This document shows, piece after piece, positions 1 through 6,860 of a stretch of DNA of 42,884 nt. The notes below the pieces were generated by a model. The model made no database searches. It was not told the origin of the DNA and saw only the letters and a program-made list of their open reading frames with translations. Both the position numbers and the translations under genes were made by a program. The stretch's first letter is position 1; each line of letters starts with the position of its first letter. The stretch lies in IMG/VR virus record IMGVR_UViG_3300050011_000099; one strand, written 5' to 3'. Source of the stretch: a virus.

Positions 1-144
1 GGCGGCACTCTCGGCGGCACTCTCGGCGGCACTCTCGGCGGCACTCTCGGCGGCACTCTCGGCGGCACTCTCGGCGGCACTCTCGGCGGCACTCTCGGCG
101 GCACTCTCGGCGGCACTCTCGGCGGCACTCCAGGCGGCACTCCT
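1..144 (-). repeat. 12-bp tandem repeat: ggcggcactctc x10 (1-120), then variant units ggcggcactcca and ggcggcactcct. It is coding (E-S-A-A per unit on the minus strand).
   Basis: Read directly from the sequence. Bases 1-130 are identical to bases 42755-42884. Confidence 0.95.
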
Positions 145-579
145 GGCGGCACTTCGTTCTGGTTCGGTCGCCTCACCATTCGCGAAGCGTCGAGCCACGT
201 CGATGCAGTCGCGAACTCGCGTTTCATTGGGCAGGAATGTTTCAAAGGCGGCCAGGGAATCCTCGGCGCAGTCGCACGCGAACAGACGCAGTTTACGTTC
301 GGTCGCTTCTCCCACGACGTATTTGAACCTCATCGATTCGGCGGCGAACTTGTCATCACCATGGTCGATCTCACCCCGAACCTCCACCTCGTAGAGCACC
401 GCGCCGACACCGGGCAGGTGAGTGAGAACGTCCTTCTCCTCCATCCCGTGCCAGCCTGCCGCGCAGATGACGGGCTTCACATTCGGCGTCCAGAGCAAAT
501 CATCGACGGGCCATGGCTTTCCTTGAATCGGACTCGTCCGGTCGGCCAATAGCCATTTGTAGAGCGATTCTTTACTCAT
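1..579 (-). CDS. 5' part of a gene that wraps around the window edges (paralog A). It has a C-x2-GWHG N-terminal domain, a CAED...ARRFANG helical segment and an (E-S-A-A)n array.
   Basis: The ATG at 579-577 is preceded by GAGGAG (585-590, minus strand). The frame stays open for 193 codons to base 1, so the ORF track misses it. My translation: MSKESLYKWLLADRTSPIQGKPWPVDDLLWTPNVKPVICAAGWHGMEEKDVLTHLPG..DDKFAAESMRF..RLFACDCAEDSLAAFETFLPNETRVRDCIDVARRFANGEATEPERSAARSAAWSAAE(SAAE)n. It aligns along its length with the product of 714..1523. Confidence 0.8.
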   Translation of the reverse strand, partial: MSKESLYKWLLADRTSPIQGKPWPVDDLLWTPNVKPVICAAGWHGMEEKDVLTHLPGVGAVLYEVEVRGEIDHGDDKFAAESMRFKYVVGEATERKLRLFACDCAEDSLAAFETFLPNETRVRDCIDVARRFANGEATEPERSAARSAAWSAAESAAESAAESAAESAAESAAESAAESAAESAAESAAESAA

Positions 580-713
580 TTGCTCTCCTCTCGTAGCGGT
601 ACGGCGGCAAGATTTGCTCCACAGGGTGGCGGCCAATCAATTTGGCGGAGAACTTGACGCAGCCGAGGCCGAACTGGCGCGGGCGGTCGAGGTAGGGGTA
701 GGGAGGTCGCTCA

Positions 714-1523
714 TCAGTCGTTTCCTTCCAGACGGATCACAAGCCAGTTGGAGTATTTAGCCCCGGTTGCCTCCCAGGCTGCGGCCCTGGCTGCGGCCCC
801 GGCTGCGTCCCAGGCTGCGGCCCTGGCTGCGGCCCCGGCTGCGGCCCAGGCTGCGTCCCTGGCTGCGGCCCAGGCTGCGGCCCAGGCTGCGGCCCAGGCT
901 GCGTCCCTGGCTGCGGCCCCGGCTGCGTCCCAGGCTGCGGCCCTGGCTGCGGCCCCGGTTGCGGCCCTGGCTGCGTCCCCGGCTGCGTCCCCGGCTGCGT
1001 CCCTTTCCTGGATCGTCGCCTGTCCATTAGCGAAGAGTCGAGCGATTCGGATCGCCTCGGCGGGTCGGTTGTCATCCGGACGGACCTTCAGGAAGAGTGG
1101 CAGCACGTCTTCAGCACAGTCAGCAGAGAAGAGACGAAGATTACAATCGTTCGTGGTCCCCACTGGACGTATCAGCCGCATTGATTCGACAGAAAACTTG
1201 TCGTCACCATCTACCCGAGCCCCGCGGGTTTCAACGACCCAGAGGGTCGCGGTCTCTACCGGAAGGTGAGTGAACACGTCCTTGCCCGTCATACCGTGCC
1301 AGCCTGATTGACAGATAACCGGCTCGCACTTCGGCGTCCAGGCCTTCACCCGCACCGGCCAGCGAAGGTTACGAGTGGGAGATATCTTGTCGCCCACCAG
1401 CCACTTGTAAAGGACCTCGTCGTCGGGTTTCACACACGGCCCTTGCACGATGCATTTTTCGGCTTTCAGCACCCCTATTGCTGTAGCCCGTGAAATCAGT
1501 TCTTCGCCCTTCATGTCACTCAT
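714..1523 (-). CDS. Paralog B of the repeat protein. It has a C-x2-GWHG domain, a CAED...ARLFANG helical segment, a ([W/R/G][A/D]AA)n array and a conserved KYSNWLVIRLE tail.
   Basis: 269-aa ORF. LYKWLVGDKISP..PVICQSGWHGMTGKDVFTHLP..DDKFSVESMRL..RLFSADCAEDVLPLF..AIRIARLFANGQAT matches paralog A. The C-terminal KYSNWLVIRLEGND matches KYSNWLVVRIESEL at 42692-42740. Confidence 0.85.
   Translation of the reverse strand: MSDMKGEELISRATAIGVLKAEKCIVQGPCVKPDDEVLYKWLVGDKISPTRNLRWPVRVKAWTPKCEPVICQSGWHGMTGKDVFTHLPVETATLWVVETRGARVDGDDKFSVESMRLIRPVGTTNDCNLRLFSADCAEDVLPLFLKVRPDDNRPAEAIRIARLFANGQATIQERDAAGDAAGDAARAATGAAARAAAWDAAGAAARDAAWAAAWAAAWAAARDAAWAAAGAAARAAAWDAAGAAARAAAWEATGAKYSNWLVIRLEGND
766..1005 (-). 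repeat. Twenty degenerate 12-bp units of the form gctgcgNcccNg, coding.
   Basis: Units were listed by hand. Units 2-16 differ only at unit positions 7 (g/t) and 11 (t/c/a). Confidence 0.9.
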
Positions 1524-1659
1524 GGGCCGCTAACTTTCGCTTCAGTTCGACAATTTCAGCCTCTAGGCGCTGTATCGTCTCTTCGGCTACTTCCTTGGCA
1601 TTGCGCAATTGGCGCTTGTATTCGTAGAGTTCGCGGCTGTGTTCAAGGTCCTCAGTCAT
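1516..1659 (-). CDS. Small coiled-coil protein of 47 aa, below the ORF-track size cutoff.
   Basis: ATG at 1659-1657 and TGA at 1518-1516. It has 8-nt overlaps with both flanking genes (ATGACTGA and ATGAGTGA). Translation: MTEDLEHSRELYEYKRQLRNAKEVAEETIQRLEAEIVELKRKLAAHE. Confidence 0.55.
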   Translation of the reverse strand: MTEDLEHSRELYEYKRQLRNAKEVAEETIQRLEAEIVELKRKLAAHE

Positions 1660-1924
1660 AATACGGGCTTTCGTAAGTTTCTAATTGGTCAAACAGCTTC
1701 TGTACCTCACGACGAGCGACCAAATACTTCAAGTGAACCACTTGGACCTCGGCGTCAAAGCCCCGATTTACCTCGTCAATCGTGTCCTCGTATTCACTCG
1801 GAGAGCCACCTTCGCGCATCTTCACTGACGCCGCCCGGAGAAGTGTATTTCTCCTTCCTTGCGCACTGCCGACTTCCTCATTGACACAATCAGCCAGTTC
1901 TTCCCTGGCTCTCTCAACACTCAT
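1652..1924 (-). CDS. Hypothetical protein (90 aa).
   Basis: The ORF fills the gap in the coupled minus-strand gene train. No motif recognised. Confidence 0.65.
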   Translation of the reverse strand: MSVERAREELADCVNEEVGSAQGRRNTLLRAASVKMREGGSPSEYEDTIDEVNRGFDAEVQVVHLKYLVARREVQKLFDQLETYESPYYD

Positions 1925-1926
1925 CT

Positions 1927-2199
1927 TTAGCCTTTCTCTACTTCACGTTTCACAAAGCTGGCGTCAGTGTGGGATAACTCTGCTAGTTCGTGGAGATTCA
2001 AATCCCCCAAAAGTCTGCGCCAGATCTCTCGTCGTTCCTCGGTTAACGACGCTGAGGACGTTCTACGGCGCTCTAAAGTCCGGCGGATGACCTTTAGGCG
2101 GTTCATGTCCTCGTGGACGCTTTGGGATACGTCGATAGAGCGTAAATCCCTACGTCGTAAGGGTTTTACCGCGTCGTCAGGGTCGTTAAGCCTAGCCAC
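1927..2199 (-). CDS. Hypothetical basic protein, possibly with a C-terminal HTH. The start is uncertain and the ORF is open to 2286.
   Basis: An in-frame GTG at 2199 lies just after the upstream stop (2192-2194). The longer ATG start would overlap the upstream gene by about 95 nt. LNLHELAELSHTDASFVKREV looks like an HTH. Confidence 0.45.
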   Translation of the reverse strand: MARLNDPDDAVKPLRRRDLRSIDVSQSVHEDMNRLKVIRRTLERRRTSSASLTEERREIWRRLLGDLNLHELAELSHTDASFVKREVEKG

Positions 2200-2518
2200 G
2201 CTTGGCGCACCACACCGTCGCCTGTCGGCCTGATTTGGTAGCCCTGGTACCACCAGAGATGATCCTTCCGGCCTTTTGCAGTTCAATCCTTCGAGGACGG
2301 GCGGTGTTTCCAGCGATTCCAGTAACGATGGAGATTTCCTCGTCGGTCAGTCCGCCCATAGCAGCGCAAATGTAGGTGTAAATAATCTCGCGCAGGGCTT
2401 GGGCGTTGGGCTTCACGCTTACCGCCGCGTCGATGGAAGGCTGAGAGTGAATCTGGAATGGGAGCAGGGGTTCCGGGGCACCCCATAGTTGAGCGATGTT
2501 GAGTCCTCGTTTTTTCAC
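2192..2518 (-). CDS. Small DNA-binding protein, winged-helix-like.
   Basis: The GTG start overlaps the upstream stop (GTGA). LTDEEISIVTGIAGNTARPRRIELQKAGRIISGG has an HTH-plus-wing pattern. Confidence 0.55.
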   Translation of the reverse strand: MKKRGLNIAQLWGAPEPLLPFQIHSQPSIDAAVSVKPNAQALREIIYTYICAAMGGLTDEEISIVTGIAGNTARPRRIELQKAGRIISGGTRATKSGRQATVWCAKRG

Positions 2519-2889
2519 AGCATCTCCAGTTCTCCAGCACTAAGGGCCAGTCCTAACAGGTTGGCCGATTCTCCAAAACCCCCATGAGCGTGAATCCACT
2601 CGTGGTGCGCCAGACAGATGTCCAAGAGATTGGTGATCTGGTTCGACCCTCCCCGGCTCCGATACTTGCGATGGTGGATGTGGACCGCGTAAATACCACA
2701 TCCCACATCGAGGAAATCATCGAGGGCAATCTGAGTCTCTGGAGTGCGCAGCAAGTGATAGAGCACAAAGGTCGCTGCTTCGCAGATTCCTTTAGAACGT
2801 ATCCTGACCAGGGGTTTATACGCTTCAAACTCATTATCGTACGCAGCTTGACGAGCAGATTTACCCTGCTTCATCGGTGTTCTCTTCAT
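2515..2889 (-). CDS. HNH endonuclease.
   Basis: HIHHRKYRSRGGSNQITNLLDICLAHHEWIHAH is a classic H-N-H core. The RBS GGAAAGGAG precedes the ATG. Confidence 0.85.
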   Translation of the reverse strand: MKRTPMKQGKSARQAAYDNEFEAYKPLVRIRSKGICEAATFVLYHLLRTPETQIALDDFLDVGCGIYAVHIHHRKYRSRGGSNQITNLLDICLAHHEWIHAHGGFGESANLLGLALSAGELEML

Positions 2890-2992
2890 AGCACTCCTTT
2901 CCGTTGAACCTTAGTCTACACCTAATATCGGAAGGGATAGACCTGTCCGAAGGAGATATTTTTCTAAGAATCCTTCTTACAATTCATTACAC

Positions 2993-3057
2993 TTATCCAC
3001 AAGTTATCCACAGGGTTATACACAGCCTGTGGCGTACTTATCAACAAGAAATCAACA
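2993..3057 (+). promoter_or_regulatory. Phased cluster of DnaA-box-like 9-mers. Candidate replication origin or DnaA-responsive control region.
   Basis: The boxes are TTATCCACA (2993-3001), TTATCCACA (3004-3012), TTATACACA (3016-3024), TTATCAACA (3038-3046) and the weak AAATCAACA (3049-3057). Starts are spaced 11, 12, 22 and 11 bp apart. All lie in a 275-bp non-coding gap. Confidence 0.6.
3008..3032. other. 7-bp inverted repeat CCACAGG/CCTGTGG that brackets the third DnaA box.
   Basis: ccacagg at 3008-3014 and cctgtgg at 3026-3032, read directly. Confidence 0.6.
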
Positions 3058-3061
3058 AGAA
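3040..3061 (+). repeat. Direct repeat atcaacaagaa x2.
   Basis: 3040-3050 and 3051-3061 are identical, followed by a partial third copy (atc). Confidence 0.85.
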
Positions 3062-3164
3062 ATCCTCAGATTCAATCGCTTGACCAACAAGTTTCGTGTA
3101 GTAAAAATGGTTTCTTTCACTACCCGCGAGAGGTTCTACCGCGCTCCGCTTGCTCTCCGCGTCA

Positions 3165-3350
3165 CTACGTTCCTTGGCTCAGAACAGTTGATATATCACC
3201 GAGTGAAGCGTCCGCCAGAGTCTCGGTGAATATTGCTTTCGAATAAGTCTGGACAAGGCGTATGAGTTCGTTACGTTCCTCCTGGCCCAGAGTTCCACCG
3301 AGTTCTTCCACGAAGTCAACGATGTCGAGCATGGCTTCGGTCCCAGTCAT
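3165..3350 (-). CDS. Hypothetical acidic protein (61 aa).
   Basis: ATGA overlap with the upstream gene at 3347-3350. Confidence 0.6.
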   Translation of the reverse strand: MTGTEAMLDIVDFVEELGGTLGQEERNELIRLVQTYSKAIFTETLADASLGDISTVLSQGT

Positions 3351-3976
3351 GAGTTCATGATCTTGAAAGCAGCCTTAACACCGGAAACCAACTGCTTGTC
3401 GCTTAGTGATCCACGAGACTCAATCTGCCTCGCTAGATCGTGGATGAAGTCGTTATCGCTCAAAGTCGCGGCTTGGAGGATTTGGTCGAAGTCATCGTTT
3501 CCAGAGCCGTGAACGTACGGAGTACCGGTAGGACGATTGTCGGAGTAATCGTAAGGTTCAGGAGCATTTCCCGATTCCAGACGAGTGACCTTTCGATTGC
3601 TGACGTACTCGCCAGGCTCGCGCGATGGGGTGTTACCCGAACGGTTGGTGACTTCCTCGTGAGAAGCGATGCCGTTCTTGGTGGAAGCTCCAATAGCGAT
3701 TAAAGCCCGCCCCCACGCTGCTGTTTCGGCGTTCTGGACCTCCGAATCCTTGGTGAAGGGTGTAGGTCCAGGAATGGGCTCCCAAGCTGTTCCGATGCCA
3801 GGCCGGGGATCATCCGGGGTTCGGTAAGCCGCAGCCGTGTAGACCACCCACGACGTTCCCGCCACCACCACGAACTCCATGTTCACTTGAGTCATGGTTA
3901 AATCGGGGAACTTATCCCTCATCTCTGTCAATCGAGTCGCCACGTCGATGTAATCCATCTGTCGTTCGTAAGCCAT
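3347..3976 (-). CDS. Hypothetical protein, possibly a Rad52/Sak-like single-strand annealing protein.
   Basis: The RBS GGAAAGGAAC precedes the ATG. The helix motif NAETAAWGRALIAIGAS resembles the (E/K)xAxxxAxxRAxxxxG helix of Rad52-type annealing proteins. This assignment is from memory of that motif only. Confidence 0.45.
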   Translation of the reverse strand: MAYERQMDYIDVATRLTEMRDKFPDLTMTQVNMEFVVVAGTSWVVYTAAAYRTPDDPRPGIGTAWEPIPGPTPFTKDSEVQNAETAAWGRALIAIGASTKNGIASHEEVTNRSGNTPSREPGEYVSNRKVTRLESGNAPEPYDYSDNRPTGTPYVHGSGNDDFDQILQAATLSDNDFIHDLARQIESRGSLSDKQLVSGVKAAFKIMNS

Positions 3977-4040
3977 TGTTGTTCCTTTCCGTAGGTGTAG
4001 ACCTCAGTTTACCATAGCCGTGTAACAGAGGCTTGGAAAC

Positions 4041-4080
4041 TGCAATAGGTGACGCCTGATTGGGAACGTCACCTATTGCA
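4041..4080 (-). terminator. Perfect 14-bp inverted repeat with a 12-nt loop, downstream of the last lysis-cassette gene.
   Basis: tgcaataggtgacg (4041-4054) pairs with cgtcacctattgca (4067-4080). On the minus strand it is followed by GTTTCC, which is only a weak U-tract. Confidence 0.45.
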
Positions 4081-4114
4081 CGGAAAGGAAGAGAGTGGTC
4101 TTCCGTACTTCAGA

Positions 4115-5257
4115 CTACACCGGAGGCGGGCTCTGCGCGTTCAACTGAGTGATGAGCGCGGCAACCAGGGCTTCAAGTTGAGCGATCTGGGTGCTTTGAC
4201 TGACCTTGGTGGATGGTGCGTAGACCGGAGCGCCGATGTAGCCCAGGAAGACTCCGACCCACGGCCACTGACTCTCTGCGGCGTGAAGAAGAAGCGTTAA
4301 GACACCTCCGGCGATGCCCAGGATAGCGATGGTGGTGGTGAGGGTTACGTGGTAACCCAACCGGGCGATTAAGGCCGCCGCCCCGGACTCAATGAAGGGC
4401 ATCAAACTACGAACAATGGCCTTAAAGGTGTTGGACGCTGGTTTGGCTACGACGACGGTTGGCACGACGAGCATGGGAATACCTCCTGATTTAGGTACGG
4501 GTGGCGAAACGGGGCTCACAGGGGCCTCTGGAAGGATTCCGTGGACCTCAGCCAAGGCGGATTCTAAAGCATTCCAGTCCACGTTGGGATCGTCGGCGTC
4601 GAAGATTATCCAGGCGTCGGTGATGTTGGTTTCACGAAAGAACAGGGTGAAGGGTTGAACCCCTCCCCAGGTTATTAACGCCCCGGAACCGTCAGCGTGG
4701 GTCTGGATTAACAGCGTGTCGTGTCCGTCAGTTTGGGCCATGGAGTTCCAAGGCGTTCTTGGGGTGGTGTTAAAATCCCCTATGGCTTCTTGAGCGTCTA
4801 GGGACAGTCCGAGAATCACCCCTCTACCCGTTTGAGCGAAGGAATCCAGGCTGTCCAAAGGCACTTCGCCGTAACCTTTGATGATTCCCTGCTTGTAGAG
4901 GAACCCTAGCCAGGAAGCATTATCCACCCCTTGGTCGGGAATCAGTCCTACCGGAGAGGGTACTAAGGGAAGAAAGCCCATGGCTAGGCCGTAGGCCCCG
5001 TAGGTACCTAACGTTCCTTCGTACTTGGGCATCCCCAGTTGGCCGTAGGCAGAGTAGGACTGGAGTTTGGCCATGTTGTAATGATCCGCTGCGCTGCCAC
5101 CACAGCAGCTGAACCGATCATTAAAATCCATGCCCCACTGTTCACCTATGCCGGTAGTCCCGTCCCACTCCAGGTATCCAGGTCCCGCGGGCATGAACTT
5201 GGTGGCCAATAGTCGAGGTTCGTGACTTTCACGATGAGGCCCAACGCGCAGGCTCAC
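4115..5257 (-). CDS. Putative papain-fold cysteine peptidase with a C-terminal multi-TM anchor. Candidate membrane-tethered lysin.
   Basis: GTGA overlap with the upstream gene. Motifs are WGMDFNDRFSCCGGSAADH and GHDTLLIQ..GALITWGG, which gives a Cys...His...W order. A PVSPVSPPVP linker is followed by 3-4 hydrophobic helices. Confidence 0.45.
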   Translation of the reverse strand: MSLRVGPHRESHEPRLLATKFMPAGPGYLEWDGTTGIGEQWGMDFNDRFSCCGGSAADHYNMAKLQSYSAYGQLGMPKYEGTLGTYGAYGLAMGFLPLVPSPVGLIPDQGVDNASWLGFLYKQGIIKGYGEVPLDSLDSFAQTGRGVILGLSLDAQEAIGDFNTTPRTPWNSMAQTDGHDTLLIQTHADGSGALITWGGVQPFTLFFRETNITDAWIIFDADDPNVDWNALESALAEVHGILPEAPVSPVSPPVPKSGGIPMLVVPTVVVAKPASNTFKAIVRSLMPFIESGAAALIARLGYHVTLTTTIAILGIAGGVLTLLLHAAESQWPWVGVFLGYIGAPVYAPSTKVSQSTQIAQLEALVAALITQLNAQSPPPV

Positions 5258-5601
5258 GTGAACCTTCCCTTCTCGTTACGCGCCTGACCGGGAGCAGGTT
5301 TGCCTAAGGCGACCATGTGTTCGGCGTGATGCTTCCTCGCCAGGGCCAAGGCTTCCTTGTGGTGATGAGCAACGAGGCTCAGGTGTTCCTCGTGCTGCTC
5401 GTCCAACTTGTCGTGGATGGACTGGACGTGGCGCTTGGCGAAGGCTTCGATGGCGTGTCTCGCCCGAGGCCAGAACAGCGACATGACGAGGAAGACCACG
5501 ATCCCGGCGCTGATGTTGCCTATCCACGAATACCACACCCACGAGTAGGCGGCGTCGTGGCGAAAGACATCCAGGTAGTGAACCACCAGGTGCCCGCTCA
5601 T
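5254..5601 (-). CDS. Single-TM membrane protein with a His-rich helical tail. Lysis-associated by position.
   Basis: The hydrophobic segment is WIGNISAGIVVFLVMSLFW. The gene lies inside the lysis cassette. Confidence 0.6.
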   Translation of the reverse strand: MSGHLVVHYLDVFRHDAAYSWVWYSWIGNISAGIVVFLVMSLFWPRARHAIEAFAKRHVQSIHDKLDEQHEEHLSLVAHHHKEALALARKHHAEHMVALGKPAPGQARNEKGRFT

Positions 5602-5670
5602 TTACAGATACTTCACCAGAAGGACGATGATGATTACCACTATCAGCAGTCCAATGAGTGAAATCCCCAT
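5602..5670 (-). CDS. 22-aa hydrophobic peptide, not in the ORF track.
   Basis: The ATG at 5670-5668 directly abuts the upstream TAG. Its TAA (5604-5602) directly abuts the next ATG (5601). Translation: MGISLIGLLIVVIIIVLLVKYL. Confidence 0.4.
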   Translation of the reverse strand: MGISLIGLLIVVIIIVLLVKYL

Positions 5671-5841
5671 CTACGGAATAGTGCTGGGAATCGGCAAGAA
5701 CGAGGCAAAGAAGACCGCCGCACCGATCAAGCCAAGGGCAGTCAGGTCGAACAGGTGCTTGAGGGTGTCCGTAGTGGTCAGCATCAAGATGGCCGCGATG
5801 AGAACGATGACGATGGAGCCAATCAACAGTACGAGCTTCAT
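5671..5841 (-). CDS. Two-TM holin-like protein (56 aa).
   Basis: The internal ATG at 5841 forms an ATGA overlap with the upstream stop. Two hydrophobic helices are LVLLIGSIVIVLIAAILML and LTALGLIGAAVFFASFL. Confidence 0.6.
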   Translation of the reverse strand: MKLVLLIGSIVIVLIAAILMLTTTDTLKHLFDLTALGLIGAAVFFASFLPIPSTIP

Positions 5842-6323
5842 GCGTTGGCTACTGGCGCTCCAGGCGTCAGGGTCAGGGCCGTAGGAGCACTGGCGCCTAC
5901 GTCGAAGGTACATGTGCCCGAGAACGCTGCGCCACCGACGGTGCAGGAAACGGTCACGACTACGGCTGCGTCAAGCGCTCCGTCAGCGGTAGCGAGCACT
6001 GACGCTCCGCCCGCGTCCACGGTAACCGCTACCGAGGCGGGGTCCGAGGACGTTGCTGAAAGCGATCCGGCGTCGATGGCGTCGGTGACCGGGTTCCCAG
6101 CCGAGTCCTCGAAACTGATGGCGATGTCGCTGTTCTGGTTGTCTTCAAGTCCAAATGTGCTCATATCTAATCCTTCTGTTGGTTGGTTTTGCTGGGGTGG
6201 TTCGGGTGTTAATACCAGGTGGACGGCGCTAGGTGCGTCCACCAATTGAATCTCAATCGGTCCGTCAAAGTGATGGTACACGTGGATGAGGAGTTTCTTA
6301 ACGTGGTCGTCATATTCATCCAT
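5838..6323 (-). CDS. Hypothetical protein with an Ig-like (Big_2-like) C-terminal half.
   Basis: The Ser/Thr/Ala/Val-rich beta-type segment SATSSDPASVAVTVDAGGASVLATADGALDAAVVVTVSCTVGG resembles bacterial Ig-like domains. An alternative start lies at 6164. Confidence 0.5.
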   Translation of the reverse strand: MDEYDDHVKKLLIHVYHHFDGPIEIQLVDAPSAVHLVLTPEPPQQNQPTEGLDMSTFGLEDNQNSDIAISFEDSAGNPVTDAIDAGSLSATSSDPASVAVTVDAGGASVLATADGALDAAVVVTVSCTVGGAAFSGTCTFDVGASAPTALTLTPGAPVANA

Positions 6324-6332
6324 TACCTGACT

Positions 6333-6860
6333 CTACTCGTGCGTGGTGTCTAAGTTGGCGACCGCGTTAAGCACCGACAACTGGCTATTCTTAGCCTGCG
6401 TAGCCAATTTCTCTGCGGCCTCGTCCAGAGCGTCCTTCGTGACCTGGGTTTGCTCGTCCAACGCACTCTTGGTGGCAATCCCTTCGTCAACCAGGGTGAC
6501 AAGGATGTGCTCAATTTTGGAGACCTTCCCATTCTGGGCTACCTGGTGATCAGCCATCGTTTTCACCGCCTGCGCTGTTTCCAAGATGGCCTGGGTATGC
6601 CCAGAAGCCACGGCGATAAGCCCCGGAGCCGGGTTGGGGACCAGATCAGTGGGAGGGCGCCCAGCAATTGAGTCATGGACCTCCTCAACCTTTTCCACCG
6701 TGGTGTCCATCTTCTTAGCGAACCCCGTAATGGAGCGAATAAGCACCGTTCCGATTCCCCCAAGAATCAATACAATTAATCCGGCAAACACCTGTCCCAA
6801 GGTCGAGGAAAACAAACCATTGTTGACCACCGTCGTATGGGGGACGATGGCCCAGATCAT
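6333..6860 (-). CDS. N-terminally anchored membrane protein with a long coiled coil.
   Basis: ATGA overlap with the upstream gene. The TM segment is VFAGLIVLILGGIGTVLI, and the rest is helical and charged. Confidence 0.65.
   Translation of the reverse strand: MIWAIVPHTTVVNNGLFSSTLGQVFAGLIVLILGGIGTVLIRSITGFAKKMDTTVEKVEEVHDSIAGRPPTDLVPNPAPGLIAVASGHTQAILETAQAVKTMADHQVAQNGKVSKIEHILVTLVDEGIATKSALDEQTQVTKDALDEAAEKLATQAKNSQLSVLNAVANLDTTHE

Noticed and set aside
1-130. The identical 130-nt ends as a physical direct terminal repeat of the virion DNA.
   Set aside because: The identity lies entirely within a tandem array inside a gene whose frame continues across the junction. An assembly or circularisation overlap is the simpler explanation. 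This cannot be excluded without read-terminus data.
1-144. CRISPR array.
   Set aside because: The units are 12 bp and contiguous with no spacers, and the array is in-frame coding sequence.
580-713. Small ORFs in the gap between the two paralogs.
   Set aside because: The ATG at 714 gives only a 25-aa Ser/Pro/Ala string. The frame ending in an ATGA overlap at 579 has no ATG, GTG or TTG start.
766-1005. Variable region of a diversity-generating retroelement.
   Set aside because: I found no reverse transcriptase and no template repeat with adenine-specific differences anywhere in the window. The variation occurs between tandem units, not between a template and variable pair.
737-1269. ORF-track entries 737..1075 (PGTQPGPQ repeats), 748..1269 and 767..1030 (LRPRLRPW repeats).
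   Set aside because: These are alternative-frame or antisense readings of the 12-bp array. Only the 714..1523 frame has non-repeat flanks homologous to the sister gene and proper coupling to its neighbours.
3029-3229. Plus-strand 66-aa ORF crossing the repeat region.
   Set aside because: It has a GTG start inside the inverted repeat, no RBS and a low-complexity product, and it is antisense to the gene train.
4049-4300. Plus-strand 83-aa ORF.
   Set aside because: It starts inside the terminator hairpin and is antisense to a well-supported gene.
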